Shown piece after piece: positions 46,901 through 57,560 of a stretch of 64,000 nt of DNA; the stretch's first letter is position 1; each line of letters starts with the position of its first letter. The stretch lies in the sequence record LC494302.1; one strand, given 5' to 3'. The position numbers and the translations under genes were made by a program. The stretch is from Escherichia phage SP27. Below the pieces are notes generated by a model that was not told the DNA's origin, searched no databases, and was given only the letters and a program-made list of their open reading frames with translations.

Positions 46901-49900
46901 TATGAACACTATAATCTGCGTAAAGCATATCATTGAGTTCAACTGTACTGTTTTCACGACCAATCGCTTTCCAATAAATTGAATCGCGTGATTGTGATTT
47001 AATATACAATGTCCAAATGTTTTCACTATCGGTAACTCTGATAATATCGCCAACTTGGTAGTTTTTAGTATTAGCATCTTCTAAGCTTGACTCTTGAGTA
47101 TAAGTCGTGTTACTATCATATCCAACATCATACCAATCAGCATATGACCAGTACTGAGTCATGTCTAATGAGGTTCCTAGTGATTCAACATAATCAGATT
47201 GTTTAATCATTTTATGTTGTCCCTCACCTTTGTTTTCTAACGTTATAGTAACAACACTACCCGCGTTTGCTGGACTATTCATTAACTGAATATATCCATT
47301 TTCGTCGAAGTGAATAAAATAAACAGCACTAGAAGTTAATGGATTTGGTAGATATCCACTAGTACTTAAAATAACAGCGTCATTTTCTTTAAATTTATCA
47401 CTTTCAACTGCAATAACTAATTCATTATTGTAAGACAACACACGGAAAGAAACTTCATTAGGGTTAACTTCAGTGGTTTTAACATTAAACACATCTTCCA
47501 TAACAACACTATTAGTGGTTATGTTTTGTGACCTATAATAATTATTAGCACTTTCTACAAAGTTTCTACGAGCTTCTATAACATTTTGGAACCAAGTTTT
47601 GTTTGATCCTAAACCGTTATCAACATCTGGATATAATAAATTAATCACAGAACCTGATTCAGTTGTTTCTTGACCAATTAGTGAGTTCCACATTGAATCC
47701 CAAATTAGTGGGTTAAAGTTATAGCTGTCACCTTCTTTACATAGTTGATACTGGTCATGTTTAACAACTTCAGTACTATCCATGTAATAAGAAACAGTTA
47801 AAATACTGGTATCATCATTCACTTTAAATTGCATATTACTAAGAATAAACGAGTTTTCATTTATTGGAGCGAACCAAGGAATGTTTAGCTGTGTTGGATC
47901 TTTAATAATACGAGCAATGTCAGTACATGATTTCGTTCTGGTATGTAGTGGTGGTACATAAATTGTATCACGTACCCAGAAATAGTATTTTGTTACATAA
48001 CTATCAGTTGAACTATCATATTCCAAAAATGTACTATAATTATCTTCAAGTGCAGTTCCACTTGGTAGATACATAGTATTATTTTTGTTTTTCTTAGCAA
48101 CATCTTTACAGTATTTGTCCCAGTTATATGGCTCAACTGGTGAACAAACCCACTCTAACACATCAATGGTACTATGTGGTAACAAACGGCCCCAGTTGTA
48201 ACGTTTGTATTCATTGGTTGCATCAATATCAACATTACCGTCTGCGTCATAAATTGCACGAGTATAATCCAAATAAAATGCAGTGCTAGTGTTCCACCAT
48301 ACTTGACCAACTTTATCAGCACCCCAAGCCTGGATTAACTCTCCATTACTATTATACTGTGCAGGATCAACTGGTGAAGTATATGTTACGTTTTGCATAG
48401 CCGCACCTGGAATAACACCATTAATTGGGTCATAAACGTTTAGATATAGCTCAGTAATGTTAGTACGTTCATCATATGTCGTTGGACGATCAAATAAAGT
48501 ACTTTGTGGTGCTTTAAAACTATATTTCTTGTCAATGTAAGCTTGACGATCATCAGTACTGGCAAAACGTGATACATAACGATACAAACGTGGACGTGTA
48601 TCTGGATCAGTAAATTCAATATCAATAGAAGTGTCAAATGGAACTACCATAACTTTAGGATCAGAACCAGCAGTATAATATTGACTTTCTACTGTTAAAG
48701 TATCTGGCATAAAGTTAGTTTCATCAACAAAATAATAATAATCACCATCTTCAAGTGGTACATTATCAGTTAAAGTTACTTTACAAAATTGTTCAGCATA
48801 CACATCGGTATTTTCAATAGGTGTTATAGAAACCATTTGTACATTAGTATCAACCAATTCAAAAATGTTCCACAAACCATTACCGTCTTTAAACATCCAC
48901 ACAGATTCAGGATTTTCACCTTTACCATTAGTATAAGTTATGCGGTCATTATATGCAGTACTGAAATCTTTTGTTGTGTACGATACTTCATCCAATGTTA
49001 CTGGACCAATATCTGGAAGTTGGATGTTTTCACTTCTTCCACTACGCATTGGGAATGAGAACTTACCATTTGGACGTGTAATCCAACGAGGATCTTTACC
49101 TTGCTCACCGAAGTATACAATATGATTACCATTACCATTTGAAGTTGCATTTACATCAAAAGAAACCATTTGAGGTTGTTGTTTAAATTGGTCATTGATT
49201 AGTTTAAATTGAAGGTTTTTCTTACCATCAATATTACCATATGTACCAATTTTAAATGCCCATTCTTGTAATGCTTTATATTCATCAGTGTCATATGATT
49301 TAGAAACACGAAGTACACGTTCTAAAACTTGGTTAGTACCTTTATCGTGAATGAATCCTTTATAGAAATCAACACGACTAACATCACTACTAATCATACG
49401 CTGTAGATAATCACGAGATTGATAACCAATCAAATGGTTTGACAACTCTTGTAATTGTACATCACTTACTGGAGTTTCACTATCATAATAATGTTGGAAA
49501 TCCGACACTAATTTTTCAAATGATGGTAGTGTTCCAGCTTCCAAGATAATAAATCCAGGAGCTTGTAGGCGACCAGTCCATGAACCAGTAATATATCCAT
49601 ACATTTTAATTAGTTCTTGAATAGAACCATATGTTGGCTGATAAATGTAATCACCAAAAATAGTTTTATCATCAAAAATAACAGCATGTTCATATGAACA
49701 CAAACTTAAACGAATCAATGCAATGCGTTTATTAGATTCTAAAGTTCTAACAGTGAAGATATTTCCAATACGAGAAGTTTCAATTTCATATTGGCGAATA
49801 CCTTGGTTATTATCATCAAGTAATGACCATACACCACCATTATTTTGCGTAATAGATTGTACTGAACCAAAGTCTGCCCCAAATTTAGCGTTTGCAGCAC

Positions 49901-52900
49901 TTGGGGTACAAGAAATAAATTCACCAGTTACTAGAGAATTCTGACTCCAGATCACGAAATCTTTAGCAATAGTGTTCCAATCTTGTTGAGCACCACTATC
50001 ATTTACATCTTCAAAAATCCAACCATGTTCTTTAAGATATTCACCATATCCACAAATAAAAGTATAAACTTCTTGGTAACTATTGAAAACTTTACCATAT
50101 TCAATTGAAGCTTCAGACTTCCATTCATTATAATGAACAACATTACGGTTTTCCAATTTAAGAGTTACTTTTCTACCATTTTTTACTGGAAGTTTATATT
50201 TAAATTTAGCACCAACTAGATCATATCCATCAATCTGATATGCACTACCATTCCAAGTAATTTTGATCGCACTCATTTGCTCATCACGGATATTATTAGA
50301 ACGAACAAGACCAATGGTTTGGTTTTCTTGTGAAATAAGACCGAAAGATTTAGCATTGAATGTTAGCTGATCTGCTTTAGTAAATCCTCCAATTTTATGA
50401 CCAACATTTATATAAGAAGAACGAACTACATCCCCATACTTGGTGGTAATATTTTTATTTTGATACATCAAATGGTCACTTACAAACATTTGATAACCAA
50501 TTGTTCTTGTGCTATTTTCACCATGAACTACTGTATTTTTATCAAAATTAATACGCTTACGTGTATCACCATAAAGGAATTGTGAACCATCAGTGAATAC
50601 TTCTTTTAAGTTATCGTTGCGGGTATCCCAGAAATAGTTAGCAAATTGTGCTGGTTTAGCTTTATACAAAAGCATCATTTGGTCATATGCAAACAATGTA
50701 GTGTTCATGTATGTAAATTCCATGTCACCCATATCACCATATGTCCAAGGTTCTGCTCTATGATTTAAAGATCCAGACACTAAACCTAAAATTTCAGGTG
50801 CAATATATTCAACCACACAAATATCAATACCAGAAGATGTTTTATTTCCAGTTTTTGTAATTTTGAATGGCTGTACACCAAATCTTTTATATTTGTCATA
50901 TTGACCACGACGATCACCAAATAAAATAGTTCCAGTACTGCTATCTCCAATAGTTCCGTCAATATCCCAAAGACCACTAGGAACTAAATCACCTTGCTCA
51001 TTCATAACAAGTGCTTCATATACATATACAACATCACTATCACGTTCACCAACTTGAACAGCCGTTGGTTCGTATTCTTGGTTCCACCAAGTTGGACGTT
51101 GTGTAAAGCCAAACATTTCCCACGGATGGGTAGCTGGGCGATATGTACCATATTGGTCAGTGTAAATGGCACGCCATGAACCACGTGCAGGAATTTCAGT
51201 ACTTTGACCATTAACTACATAATAAGTGCCAGTATAGTTCCAAGTTCTCCAATTGTTAGGATCATAATCATGTGTACTATTACTGATACCATTAGTTGCG
51301 GTGAAGTTAATGTATCCACGTAGTAATAATGTTTGTTTCTCTTCAGCACTATATTCAGTTTTAGTGAAATATGGTGTAGGGAAAAGGTCATCACTATTCA
51401 ATACTGGTACGTAATCAACATCTTTGAATTTATTATCAATACTATTAAAAATTCTATTTTCTAATTCATATACAACATCATCCATTTTATCAACACCATT
51501 GATAACACGGTATGCTTTGGAAATAATACCAGTATGACTGATGTTATAACAGCTTGGTTTACTACCAGCAGTGAGGAATGTCGCTTTTTCTGGTACATAT
51601 GCTTGAAGAATACCTAAGAACTGTGGTGTTGGTGGTATAAATGCACGAATGAATCCAGAAGTACTTCCAACATTATCATAATAGAATGGGAATGAACTAT
51701 CACGTCCCATATTAATAGTAGTTAAAATTGCATCAACAATGTTTGCAGCACTATTTTGTAAAAAGTCTGATGGATTTTCATCATACATACGAAGCATTTG
51801 TGTATTAAATTTATTAATGAATCTAAAATATTCAGATTGCATAAACATAGTTGCTTCAAACAAATCAATATCTTCATTTGCAGTATGTGCCATCAATGGA
51901 AGCATAGATGCTTCATTTTGGATAATTTTAGTACCTACGCCATTATTAACCAATCCTTTAGCCAAACGTTCTTCATAGTCATTGAAATCATCAGAAGAAC
52001 CACGTGTAATGTTCTTTTGAATAATATCCTGAAAATGTAAAGTGTAGTCACCTTGGTTAATGTATATAATATTAGAATTATATGGGTTATTTTGTAGGTT
52101 GATTGGAACTTCATATGCACCTAATTCTTTATTAGGAGTTACAGTACTGCTATAAGTTCTAATTTGAATAACAGAATCTTCATCCAATTCTACAGTACTA
52201 TCTAGAGTGATGCTTTGTACTTGACCTTTTGAAACATTTTTGGTATATTTGGACACATCAACACCATCAACCACAACTTCAATAATATCAGAATCATTAT
52301 CTAAAACTTTTTGTGCCAATTCGAATGTATGGTCATATTTTACAATCTGAACACCATCACCAGTAATTGGATGCCAATCTAGATAAGTTTCACGGTCAGC
52401 TTTATAGTACTGATATGTTCTATCAACTTCAATAACATATGCATACATACCATCAACTGGTTCTTTAAAAACTTCCATATCATAAACAGTACTGAATACA
52501 CGATACATATCAGTACGTTGGACTTGTGGAGTTTGTTTTACAAATTGTTTAGAGTACTCTTCTGAACGAACCCAATCGGTTTGAAGATTCATTTCATTAT
52601 TTTCATCAATAATGTTATAATAGTATAAACCATCAATTTCAACTTCTTTTCCAAGATGGTCATAGGTATAACGTTGGGATTGTAAAAAGTTTTCATAAAT
52701 GTAATAATTATAATCACCAAGTTCAATGTTATATCCATATACACTATCAGTTGCATAGTTGTAATTTATTTTAAAACCAAACAACTCTGAACCTTTAAAG
52801 TTACTTGATGGATATGTAGTACTGTTGTCAAGTTTGATACCATTACGATCATAAAGTTGGAATTTAGGGAATACGTTAACACTAGTTTTTGATTGTGCAC

Positions 52901-53948
52901 GAACCCACAAAGATCCATTCCAGTACATAGAACTATTACCATACTCATTACCTTTAGTGATTAGAACAACATCACCATCTTGAGGTTCACCACTTGGGCG
53001 TGATTCGGTTTCTTCTTCTGGATCTAGTGCTAAACCATAAACACGAGTACCATCTTGCATTTTTTTCACATATACATTATAAATTCTATTGTTTTCACCA
53101 TTGTTACCAATACTGGTGAATAGAATACGCATTCCATCTTGCGGAATAATACCATCAATACGTATACCACTATTAATATCTTTTTGAACGATATCTTCAG
53201 GTTTAATAATATCAGAGAACAGATCAACAGTTCCACGGAATTTTGTACCGTAGTTAATTAGCTCAATATTTTTATTATATTCAATAATTGGTGCACGTGC
53301 ACGAATAAAACGTGAATCTTGCATTAATTCTTCAGTTAATATTGAGCCATCTTCTAATGTTTCACCTAAAGTATACCAAAAGTTTTGTAGTGACCATGTA
53401 TTACCATTAAGTGCTCCACGTTCCATTACAATGTAATCAGGTGAAGTAATATTATAAGAGTTTTTAGTATCCCAAAGATATGAGCTAAAATTGTTCATTT
53501 TATTTGGGTTAATAGCTGGAGTCCATGCATAAAACTTACCGTTGAACAAACGGCTTTCATTATCGGTTAGTGCTCCATAATGATTCATGTATCCAACTAG
53601 ATCATCATAAAATTGAATTGAACGAATTGTCGAATCATCATTTTTTGAGACGTAAGCAGTGGACAACTGATAAAGTTGACGTGCTACAGTACTTTCATGT
53701 AAGAAGATATTACCAGCAGCGGCAGGAGAACCCATATCACCAATATAGCCGTCAACTAATTCGTTTTCAGCCGGATTAAACCATTGTTGAATAACATCAT
53801 CACTGACTTTTTGAATATCTTCTAAGCCTTGCATCCACTCAGGCAATCTTTTAATAAAAAGCTTCTTCTGTACTGCTTCAGCCATCTGTGTAGGTTGAAA
53901 CTTAAAATTATTAGTCATTTTTGGACTCCATATAATTCGTTCATTCAT
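43947..53948 (-). CDS. Giant structural protein (about 3330 aa), probably an expanded baseplate wedge/fiber-network protein
   Basis: Single uninterrupted frame immediately downstream of the gp6-like gene; likely start is the second Met (plus 53918, GGAG 8 nt upstream). Confidence 0.7.
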   Translation of the reverse strand: MNERIIWSPKMTNNFKFQPTQMAEAVQKKLFIKRLPEWMQGLEDIQKVSDDVIQQWFNPAENELVDGYIGDMGSPAAAGNIFLHESTVARQLYQLSTAYVSKNDDSTIRSIQFYDDLVGYMNHYGALTDNESRLFNGKFYAWTPAINPNKMNNFSSYLWDTKNSYNITSPDYIVMERGALNGNTWSLQNFWYTLGETLEDGSILTEELMQDSRFIRARAPIIEYNKNIELINYGTKFRGTVDLFSDIIKPEDIVQKDINSGIRIDGIIPQDGMRILFTSIGNNGENNRIYNVYVKKMQDGTRVYGLALDPEEETESRPSGEPQDGDVVLITKGNEYGNSSMYWNGSLWVRAQSKTSVNVFPKFQLYDRNGIKLDNSTTYPSSNFKGSELFGFKINYNYATDSVYGYNIELGDYNYYIYENFLQSQRYTYDHLGKEVEIDGLYYYNIIDENNEMNLQTDWVRSEEYSKQFVKQTPQVQRTDMYRVFSTVYDMEVFKEPVDGMYAYVIEVDRTYQYYKADRETYLDWHPITGDGVQIVKYDHTFELAQKVLDNDSDIIEVVVDGVDVSKYTKNVSKGQVQSITLDSTVELDEDSVIQIRTYSSTVTPNKELGAYEVPINLQNNPYNSNIIYINQGDYTLHFQDIIQKNITRGSSDDFNDYEERLAKGLVNNGVGTKIIQNEASMLPLMAHTANEDIDLFEATMFMQSEYFRFINKFNTQMLRMYDENPSDFLQNSAANIVDAILTTINMGRDSSFPFYYDNVGSTSGFIRAFIPPTPQFLGILQAYVPEKATFLTAGSKPSCYNISHTGIISKAYRVINGVDKMDDVVYELENRIFNSIDNKFKDVDYVPVLNSDDLFPTPYFTKTEYSAEEKQTLLLRGYINFTATNGISNSTHDYDPNNWRTWNYTGTYYVVNGQSTEIPARGSWRAIYTDQYGTYRPATHPWEMFGFTQRPTWWNQEYEPTAVQVGERDSDVVYVYEALVMNEQGDLVPSGLWDIDGTIGDSSTGTILFGDRRGQYDKYKRFGVQPFKITKTGNKTSSGIDICVVEYIAPEILGLVSGSLNHRAEPWTYGDMGDMEFTYMNTTLFAYDQMMLLYKAKPAQFANYFWDTRNDNLKEVFTDGSQFLYGDTRKRINFDKNTVVHGENSTRTIGYQMFVSDHLMYQNKNITTKYGDVVRSSYINVGHKIGGFTKADQLTFNAKSFGLISQENQTIGLVRSNNIRDEQMSAIKITWNGSAYQIDGYDLVGAKFKYKLPVKNGRKVTLKLENRNVVHYNEWKSEASIEYGKVFNSYQEVYTFICGYGEYLKEHGWIFEDVNDSGAQQDWNTIAKDFVIWSQNSLVTGEFISCTPSAANAKFGADFGSVQSITQNNGGVWSLLDDNNQGIRQYEIETSRIGNIFTVRTLESNKRIALIRLSLCSYEHAVIFDDKTIFGDYIYQPTYGSIQELIKMYGYITGSWTGRLQAPGFIILEAGTLPSFEKLVSDFQHYYDSETPVSDVQLQELSNHLIGYQSRDYLQRMISSDVSRVDFYKGFIHDKGTNQVLERVLRVSKSYDTDEYKALQEWAFKIGTYGNIDGKKNLQFKLINDQFKQQPQMVSFDVNATSNGNGNHIVYFGEQGKDPRWITRPNGKFSFPMRSGRSENIQLPDIGPVTLDEVSYTTKDFSTAYNDRITYTNGKGENPESVWMFKDGNGLWNIFELVDTNVQMVSITPIENTDVYAEQFCKVTLTDNVPLEDGDYYYFVDETNFMPDTLTVESQYYTAGSDPKVMVVPFDTSIDIEFTDPDTRPRLYRYVSRFASTDDRQAYIDKKYSFKAPQSTLFDRPTTYDERTNITELYLNVYDPINGVIPGAAMQNVTYTSPVDPAQYNSNGELIQAWGADKVGQVWWNTSTAFYLDYTRAIYDADGNVDIDATNEYKRYNWGRLLPHSTIDVLEWVCSPVEPYNWDKYCKDVAKKNKNNTMYLPSGTALEDNYSTFLEYDSSTDSYVTKYYFWVRDTIYVPPLHTRTKSCTDIARIIKDPTQLNIPWFAPINENSFILSNMQFKVNDDTSILTVSYYMDSTEVVKHDQYQLCKEGDSYNFNPLIWDSMWNSLIGQETTESGSVINLLYPDVDNGLGSNKTWFQNVIEARRNFVESANNYYRSQNITTNSVVMEDVFNVKTTEVNPNEVSFRVLSYNNELVIAVESDKFKENDAVILSTSGYLPNPLTSSAVYFIHFDENGYIQLMNSPANAGSVVTITLENKGEGQHKMIKQSDYVESLGTSLDMTQYWSYADWYDVGYDSNTTYTQESSLEDANTKNYQVGDIIRVTDSENIWTLYIKSQSRDSIYWKAIGRENSTVELNDMLYADYSVHNDNGSLSNREINVRKALALLKNSFDLHQSEIVFDMVKYVHVEQSVVDWVFKTSYIYIVGLEQSLVQNYSNDNLINQIVEYFEEVKPYRTKIRSQIEQKTSDDDLIKGLCNDLDPNGYIFVDGSWIKTEKDIWDYEYAQFNEITQKWEQVGSLPSDFVTPNRRFQEIDIIMHYDNIQCKPNEDLASINELVSVNNKYQSNEKDAVSNYELQRYIYSFPEYSEETFDLLIAYQMQIYYPELDVTLGTAYGVNQWYKDHAEDLEATDEFTATLERVYKESTHNDMFTDLRQYVQYNTLANRLKLYKDISDEKIHDEVGCGFSGLTYNDNPSTRLPLGFSSSNDYNYGYFEISSELYQKYISLIKDKNPDASDYEVKVKLEVEYGVYVYRYDEVGGDTRFYTDAIHVLAGMRGLFDKDATDKYEKAEEILSKTPIDIYAITMIPRKYVYLNVNGVYQSIPDEQSIDDFMEDYFITNGEMVELAEINLDDLPLDQNNPMYSDYQYILDSITEAKYFNDMNAFDNLALESQTSSIKWEVKDDEVDPYIVDISDINPSGRDVGQIRFTVDGYGFDNVSLVQLRDNSRYQTEGMAIINPYKHTEAIVSIPSYAKIENDINKTTSKFDEKYFYRVRSINSLTEAEIVDNDLSDGDKVMIFTPDGEDFVRYQNHTWETILRVSNIKNNTTPILFTVRNTGKETIELIDESTGAVLRYDNITLAQQNEPVQPLALNIVRVRTFADPEFVKNGIKLYEQNRNYTIDVINYDVFYDTTLNGGKYNDGITPDDVDVWIISNEIFDVDGITIDNGYNLPITGAGVLSELARTKMTDSLEINVIEYDSSVIQPFRNNEGIWVYGFPMVDGMYIGVVGGTVTNITTISEENTTYVSQPKSISPYSIRNNVLSGSAANMNDIISIGYEKVEVRNANNLLRGVMYSAEHDFKLNTTYSFNGINLGNYDMLKRYTQNSYTIDLSVYTDSLQVSGNDIKNILLVK

Positions 53949-53963
53949 TTGATTTATTTATGA

Positions 53964-53991
53964 TATAAAAAAGGCGTTCCGAAGAACGCCC
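53964..53991 (-). terminator. Rho-independent terminator (minus strand) between the gp6-like and giant genes
   Basis: GGCGTTC-CGAA-GAACGCC with AAAAAA on the plus strand upstream. Confidence 0.5.
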
Positions 53992-53997
53992 GTTATA

Positions 53998-56900
53998 TTA
54001 AGAACCGATATTAATATTACTTTTAGCTAGTGAGTTAACAATTTGAACATTTTCAACAGATGCAGTACTCAAAAATATTTGGTCTGAACGTGAAGGGATT
54101 TCAAATAGAGAGCCAAATTTTGAATTTGGATTTTGTGCAACTATAACAATGGTACTAATATGTCTACCTAACTGTGAGTGTATGTAAGTACACAAATCAG
54201 TATAATAGAAACTTTCACCGAAATCCCAGTTGTCAACATTGAAGTATTCATTAGTTAATGCTATAACATTTTGACGAATTTCATCGTCACTCATTGTGCT
54301 GTTTGGTAATTTCACTACTTTAAAATCAGCTTTGTAATCTTCAGCAGCACTGTTGCCAAATAAAGGTAAGTACTCAGCACTATGCCAAATAATACTATCA
54401 CTAATGACTATTTTTTGTTCAACATCTTTGAACATATCTTTCAATTCAACCGATGTAGGTGGTTTAGGAATACTACCAACAGCATTATTTTTCAACCAAA
54501 CGTCAACTTCAGTTTTATATGAATTGGTTAATACATACATATCAATTAAGTTTGTTCTACTAGGATCAATGCGATTGTCGTCAGGTGCATAGTGTTTCCA
54601 ATGGAAGTCTATACTAGTACGTGCATTAGTTTTAACAGTGTACTGTGAAGTAACATCTTTGTATCCATAATAATCTAGCTTCTGATTCTCGTCAGCATTA
54701 GTTCCCATGTTATTAATTGCACGATAAAAAGCCAATTCAGGACTAACAGTGCCAGTATCATCGGAATAAGTTAAATTACTAATTAGCTGTCCTAAACGAT
54801 CATTGTTGTTACCAACTGTTTGTTCAATAAAATAATATTTACCATCATAGTTAAAACCAACTAAAAATCCAGAACCTTTACTATATAATCCACTCAATGT
54901 GGTTGAACGAATTGCGTTATTTCTAACAAATTCAGTTCTTTTATATGCATTCGGCTCTGCCAAGGCTTGTTCCATTGTATAAGACCACGATGAATCAAGA
55001 AGTGTGAAGGTATCATTTGGTAACGACAGTACTGATATAGTGAAATCACTATTTTCCTGAAATACCAAAATACCACCATATTTTAATGCATCGGTTCCAG
55101 TCCAAGTAGGAACAATTTCTTTAAATTGGTTTGGTTCCAATGGTATACCATTACTATCTACTTTCCTAGATGTAACAATAACACGAGAACCATCTAGATA
55201 GCCATTCTCTTGTTGAATTGTGTCATAAATTTGAAAATCTATATTACTTGTCAATCCTGAATTACTACTACTAGTAGTGTTAGATGATAAAATTTCAATC
55301 TTATCACTTTGAACTGTACCAGTACTAATATCAGTAATTTTTTTAGATGATACAAAGTAAAATCTTACTTTTTCTCCACCCACAAAAATATATTCAATAC
55401 CGTTAGCATCAAATTCCCAAGTTTCTGCTGTATATTTTACATTAATTATAATTAAAACTTCATTACCATTATATACAATAGTATCATCATTGGTACTTAC
55501 TTCAATAGGAACCCATGATGTCGTTTCTTTGTCATGTACAATAACAAAATCAGTTTTTTTATCTAGCATAGCAGAAATTGCTTGAACTTCAACCGAGTTA
55601 AATCTAGTTCTATATGGTAAAATGTACTCTATGGCTTGCATTCCACTTGGAACCGATGTACTCAGTACATAAAATCCATTATCCAATACACTAACTACAC
55701 TAGCCCATATAGTAGTTCCAGAATTAGAAAATTTAATTAGAGTACCAACCTGATATGAACCATAAACTGTACCAGATGAACCCAAAATTCTACCATATGT
55801 GTTAGTTGTATAATTTGAATTGTATACCGGAGTCCATGCTTGTTGTATTTCAATACCAATTGTATTTGATGGAAACGCTTGGTAACGTTGTATTACCGCA
55901 TTTTCACCAATCAATGGTTGAATATTGTCAATAACAATACTAGCATTTGTTTTTGTAGTTGGTAGCAATAATGATCTATTAAATTGTGTGTTTTCTTGAT
56001 ATAATGCACCATCATCACTAAAAACATCGGTATTTTGATACTTACCAGTAGGATCATTAATATCAATAAATCTTGATTGTCCACTATAAATTCTATTAAT
56101 AGCTTTAGATTTAAGTACAGTATTGCCTAAACTAAGTGGTGCAATATTATAATCTTCACCATTGACAAAACGGTTTTGTGTATAGTACATTTGTGGTGCA
56201 CGTGCTTTAATCTGCTCAATAGTCTCTGCACTTTGTGCACGGTCGGACTCATATTGTAATGAAAAACGTATATCCAATGTACTAGATTCATAACTTGACT
56301 GTGTTTTTGTACGATATGTATATTTTACGCTTTTGTTTTGAATTTCAGAAGTTTTAATGTTATATGTTTTACCATTACTAACACGATACCATACGCGGAA
56401 CGTCCCACGGGGAACAACACCACTTCTTGAGTCTGGATACTTAATTGTTATTTGATCTTTATCACGAGTAGTAACAGCAAAAATTGTTTTTAATTGACGA
56501 TTAACAGTGTTATATGCAATACTTTCCATTGATGGAACTTTTGTCCATTTGGTACGAACAATACCATCTTCATTTATTTCTTGAACCCATACATCAGTTT
56601 CGTTGATATTATCAACGTTAATATCTTGTATACGGTTCTCTTCACGGATAGCATATTGATAATCTTGATATGTCAATGTACCTTGTACGAAATATACAAA
56701 AAAACCAGTATTTGGTGAACTAAATCCATTACCATCATTTTGATAAACAATATATTTTTGCTCTTGTGGTTCTGGATGTCGTTCTTCAACACCAACAGAC
56801 GTAATATCAGGATTCACTACTTCAAATGTCATAGATTCACCATTGACAGTTGCAATAAATGGAATACTGGGTGCTGTCATTGGGATGGTGTTCATTCGAT

Positions 56901-57459
56901 ATAGTTGACGAGAGACACCATTAACATCAATACGCTTGACTGGATTACCAAATTGGTTAGTACTGACAAATGAACTGTTCATTACTAGAATGAAGTTTTC
57001 ATACCAGTTAGCATCCATCGGGTCATTCCAACGAATGATTTTATCTTTTAATGATTCATTAAAACTATTACGAACATCTTGGTTTGTTTTAATTTCGGTT
57101 AATTTAGCAACTGCACGACCTGGATATGAGCGGCGTGGTGAGTAAGAAATCATTTTAGCTAGTTTTAGTACTGATGCACGACGAGTTGCAGTATCTAAAA
57201 AGTTTTCACGTGTGTTCAAATCCATACGAAATGCCAAGTTCTGCCCTAGCATAGAAATCGTATCTAAAATAAAAATAAACTGGTCGTTTTCGATCCAGTC
57301 GTTGAATGAGTCTGGGTAAGTTGCACGTAGATAATCAATCATACTCTGACGGATAGTATCGAAGTCATAAGCTGTAAGATTGATTTTATAAAAACTTTCA
57401 TATACTTGAGTCCAATCCTCACCAGCGTATAAATTTGATTGCCTTTTTTGTTGTGACAT
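53998..57459 (-). CDS. Baseplate wedge protein, gp6 / Baseplate_J-like (1153 aa)
   Basis: N-terminal FIFILDTISMLGQNLAFRMDLNTRENFLDTATRRASVLKLAKMISYSPR resembles the Baseplate_J pattern; RBS AAAGGAA. Confidence 0.6.
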   Translation of the reverse strand: MSQQKRQSNLYAGEDWTQVYESFYKINLTAYDFDTIRQSMIDYLRATYPDSFNDWIENDQFIFILDTISMLGQNLAFRMDLNTRENFLDTATRRASVLKLAKMISYSPRRSYPGRAVAKLTEIKTNQDVRNSFNESLKDKIIRWNDPMDANWYENFILVMNSSFVSTNQFGNPVKRIDVNGVSRQLYRMNTIPMTAPSIPFIATVNGESMTFEVVNPDITSVGVEERHPEPQEQKYIVYQNDGNGFSSPNTGFFVYFVQGTLTYQDYQYAIREENRIQDINVDNINETDVWVQEINEDGIVRTKWTKVPSMESIAYNTVNRQLKTIFAVTTRDKDQITIKYPDSRSGVVPRGTFRVWYRVSNGKTYNIKTSEIQNKSVKYTYRTKTQSSYESSTLDIRFSLQYESDRAQSAETIEQIKARAPQMYYTQNRFVNGEDYNIAPLSLGNTVLKSKAINRIYSGQSRFIDINDPTGKYQNTDVFSDDGALYQENTQFNRSLLLPTTKTNASIVIDNIQPLIGENAVIQRYQAFPSNTIGIEIQQAWTPVYNSNYTTNTYGRILGSSGTVYGSYQVGTLIKFSNSGTTIWASVVSVLDNGFYVLSTSVPSGMQAIEYILPYRTRFNSVEVQAISAMLDKKTDFVIVHDKETTSWVPIEVSTNDDTIVYNGNEVLIIINVKYTAETWEFDANGIEYIFVGGEKVRFYFVSSKKITDISTGTVQSDKIEILSSNTTSSSNSGLTSNIDFQIYDTIQQENGYLDGSRVIVTSRKVDSNGIPLEPNQFKEIVPTWTGTDALKYGGILVFQENSDFTISVLSLPNDTFTLLDSSWSYTMEQALAEPNAYKRTEFVRNNAIRSTTLSGLYSKGSGFLVGFNYDGKYYFIEQTVGNNNDRLGQLISNLTYSDDTGTVSPELAFYRAINNMGTNADENQKLDYYGYKDVTSQYTVKTNARTSIDFHWKHYAPDDNRIDPSRTNLIDMYVLTNSYKTEVDVWLKNNAVGSIPKPPTSVELKDMFKDVEQKIVISDSIIWHSAEYLPLFGNSAAEDYKADFKVVKLPNSTMSDDEIRQNVIALTNEYFNVDNWDFGESFYYTDLCTYIHSQLGRHISTIVIVAQNPNSKFGSLFEIPSRSDQIFLSTASVENVQIVNSLAKSNINIGS

Positions 57460-57525
57460 AATTTATTCCTTTAAATCAGTAAAGTACTAGTTCAGTACTG
57501 GGAATTATATATAGAAATATTTATT

Positions 57526-57557
57526 CAAAAAGAAAAGCACTCCGAAGAGTGCTTTTG
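57526..57557 (-). terminator. Rho-independent terminator (minus strand) after the gp25-like gene
   Basis: AAAGCACTC-CGAA-GAGTGCTTT with an A-rich plus-strand tract upstream. Confidence 0.5.
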
Positions 57558-57560
57558 TAA

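Noticed and set aside
44000-57400. Short ORFs (60-90 aa) on either strand inside the giant and gp6-like genes
   Set aside because: All lie within long, well-supported minus-strand genes and lack RBS context; expected by chance in AT-rich sequence.
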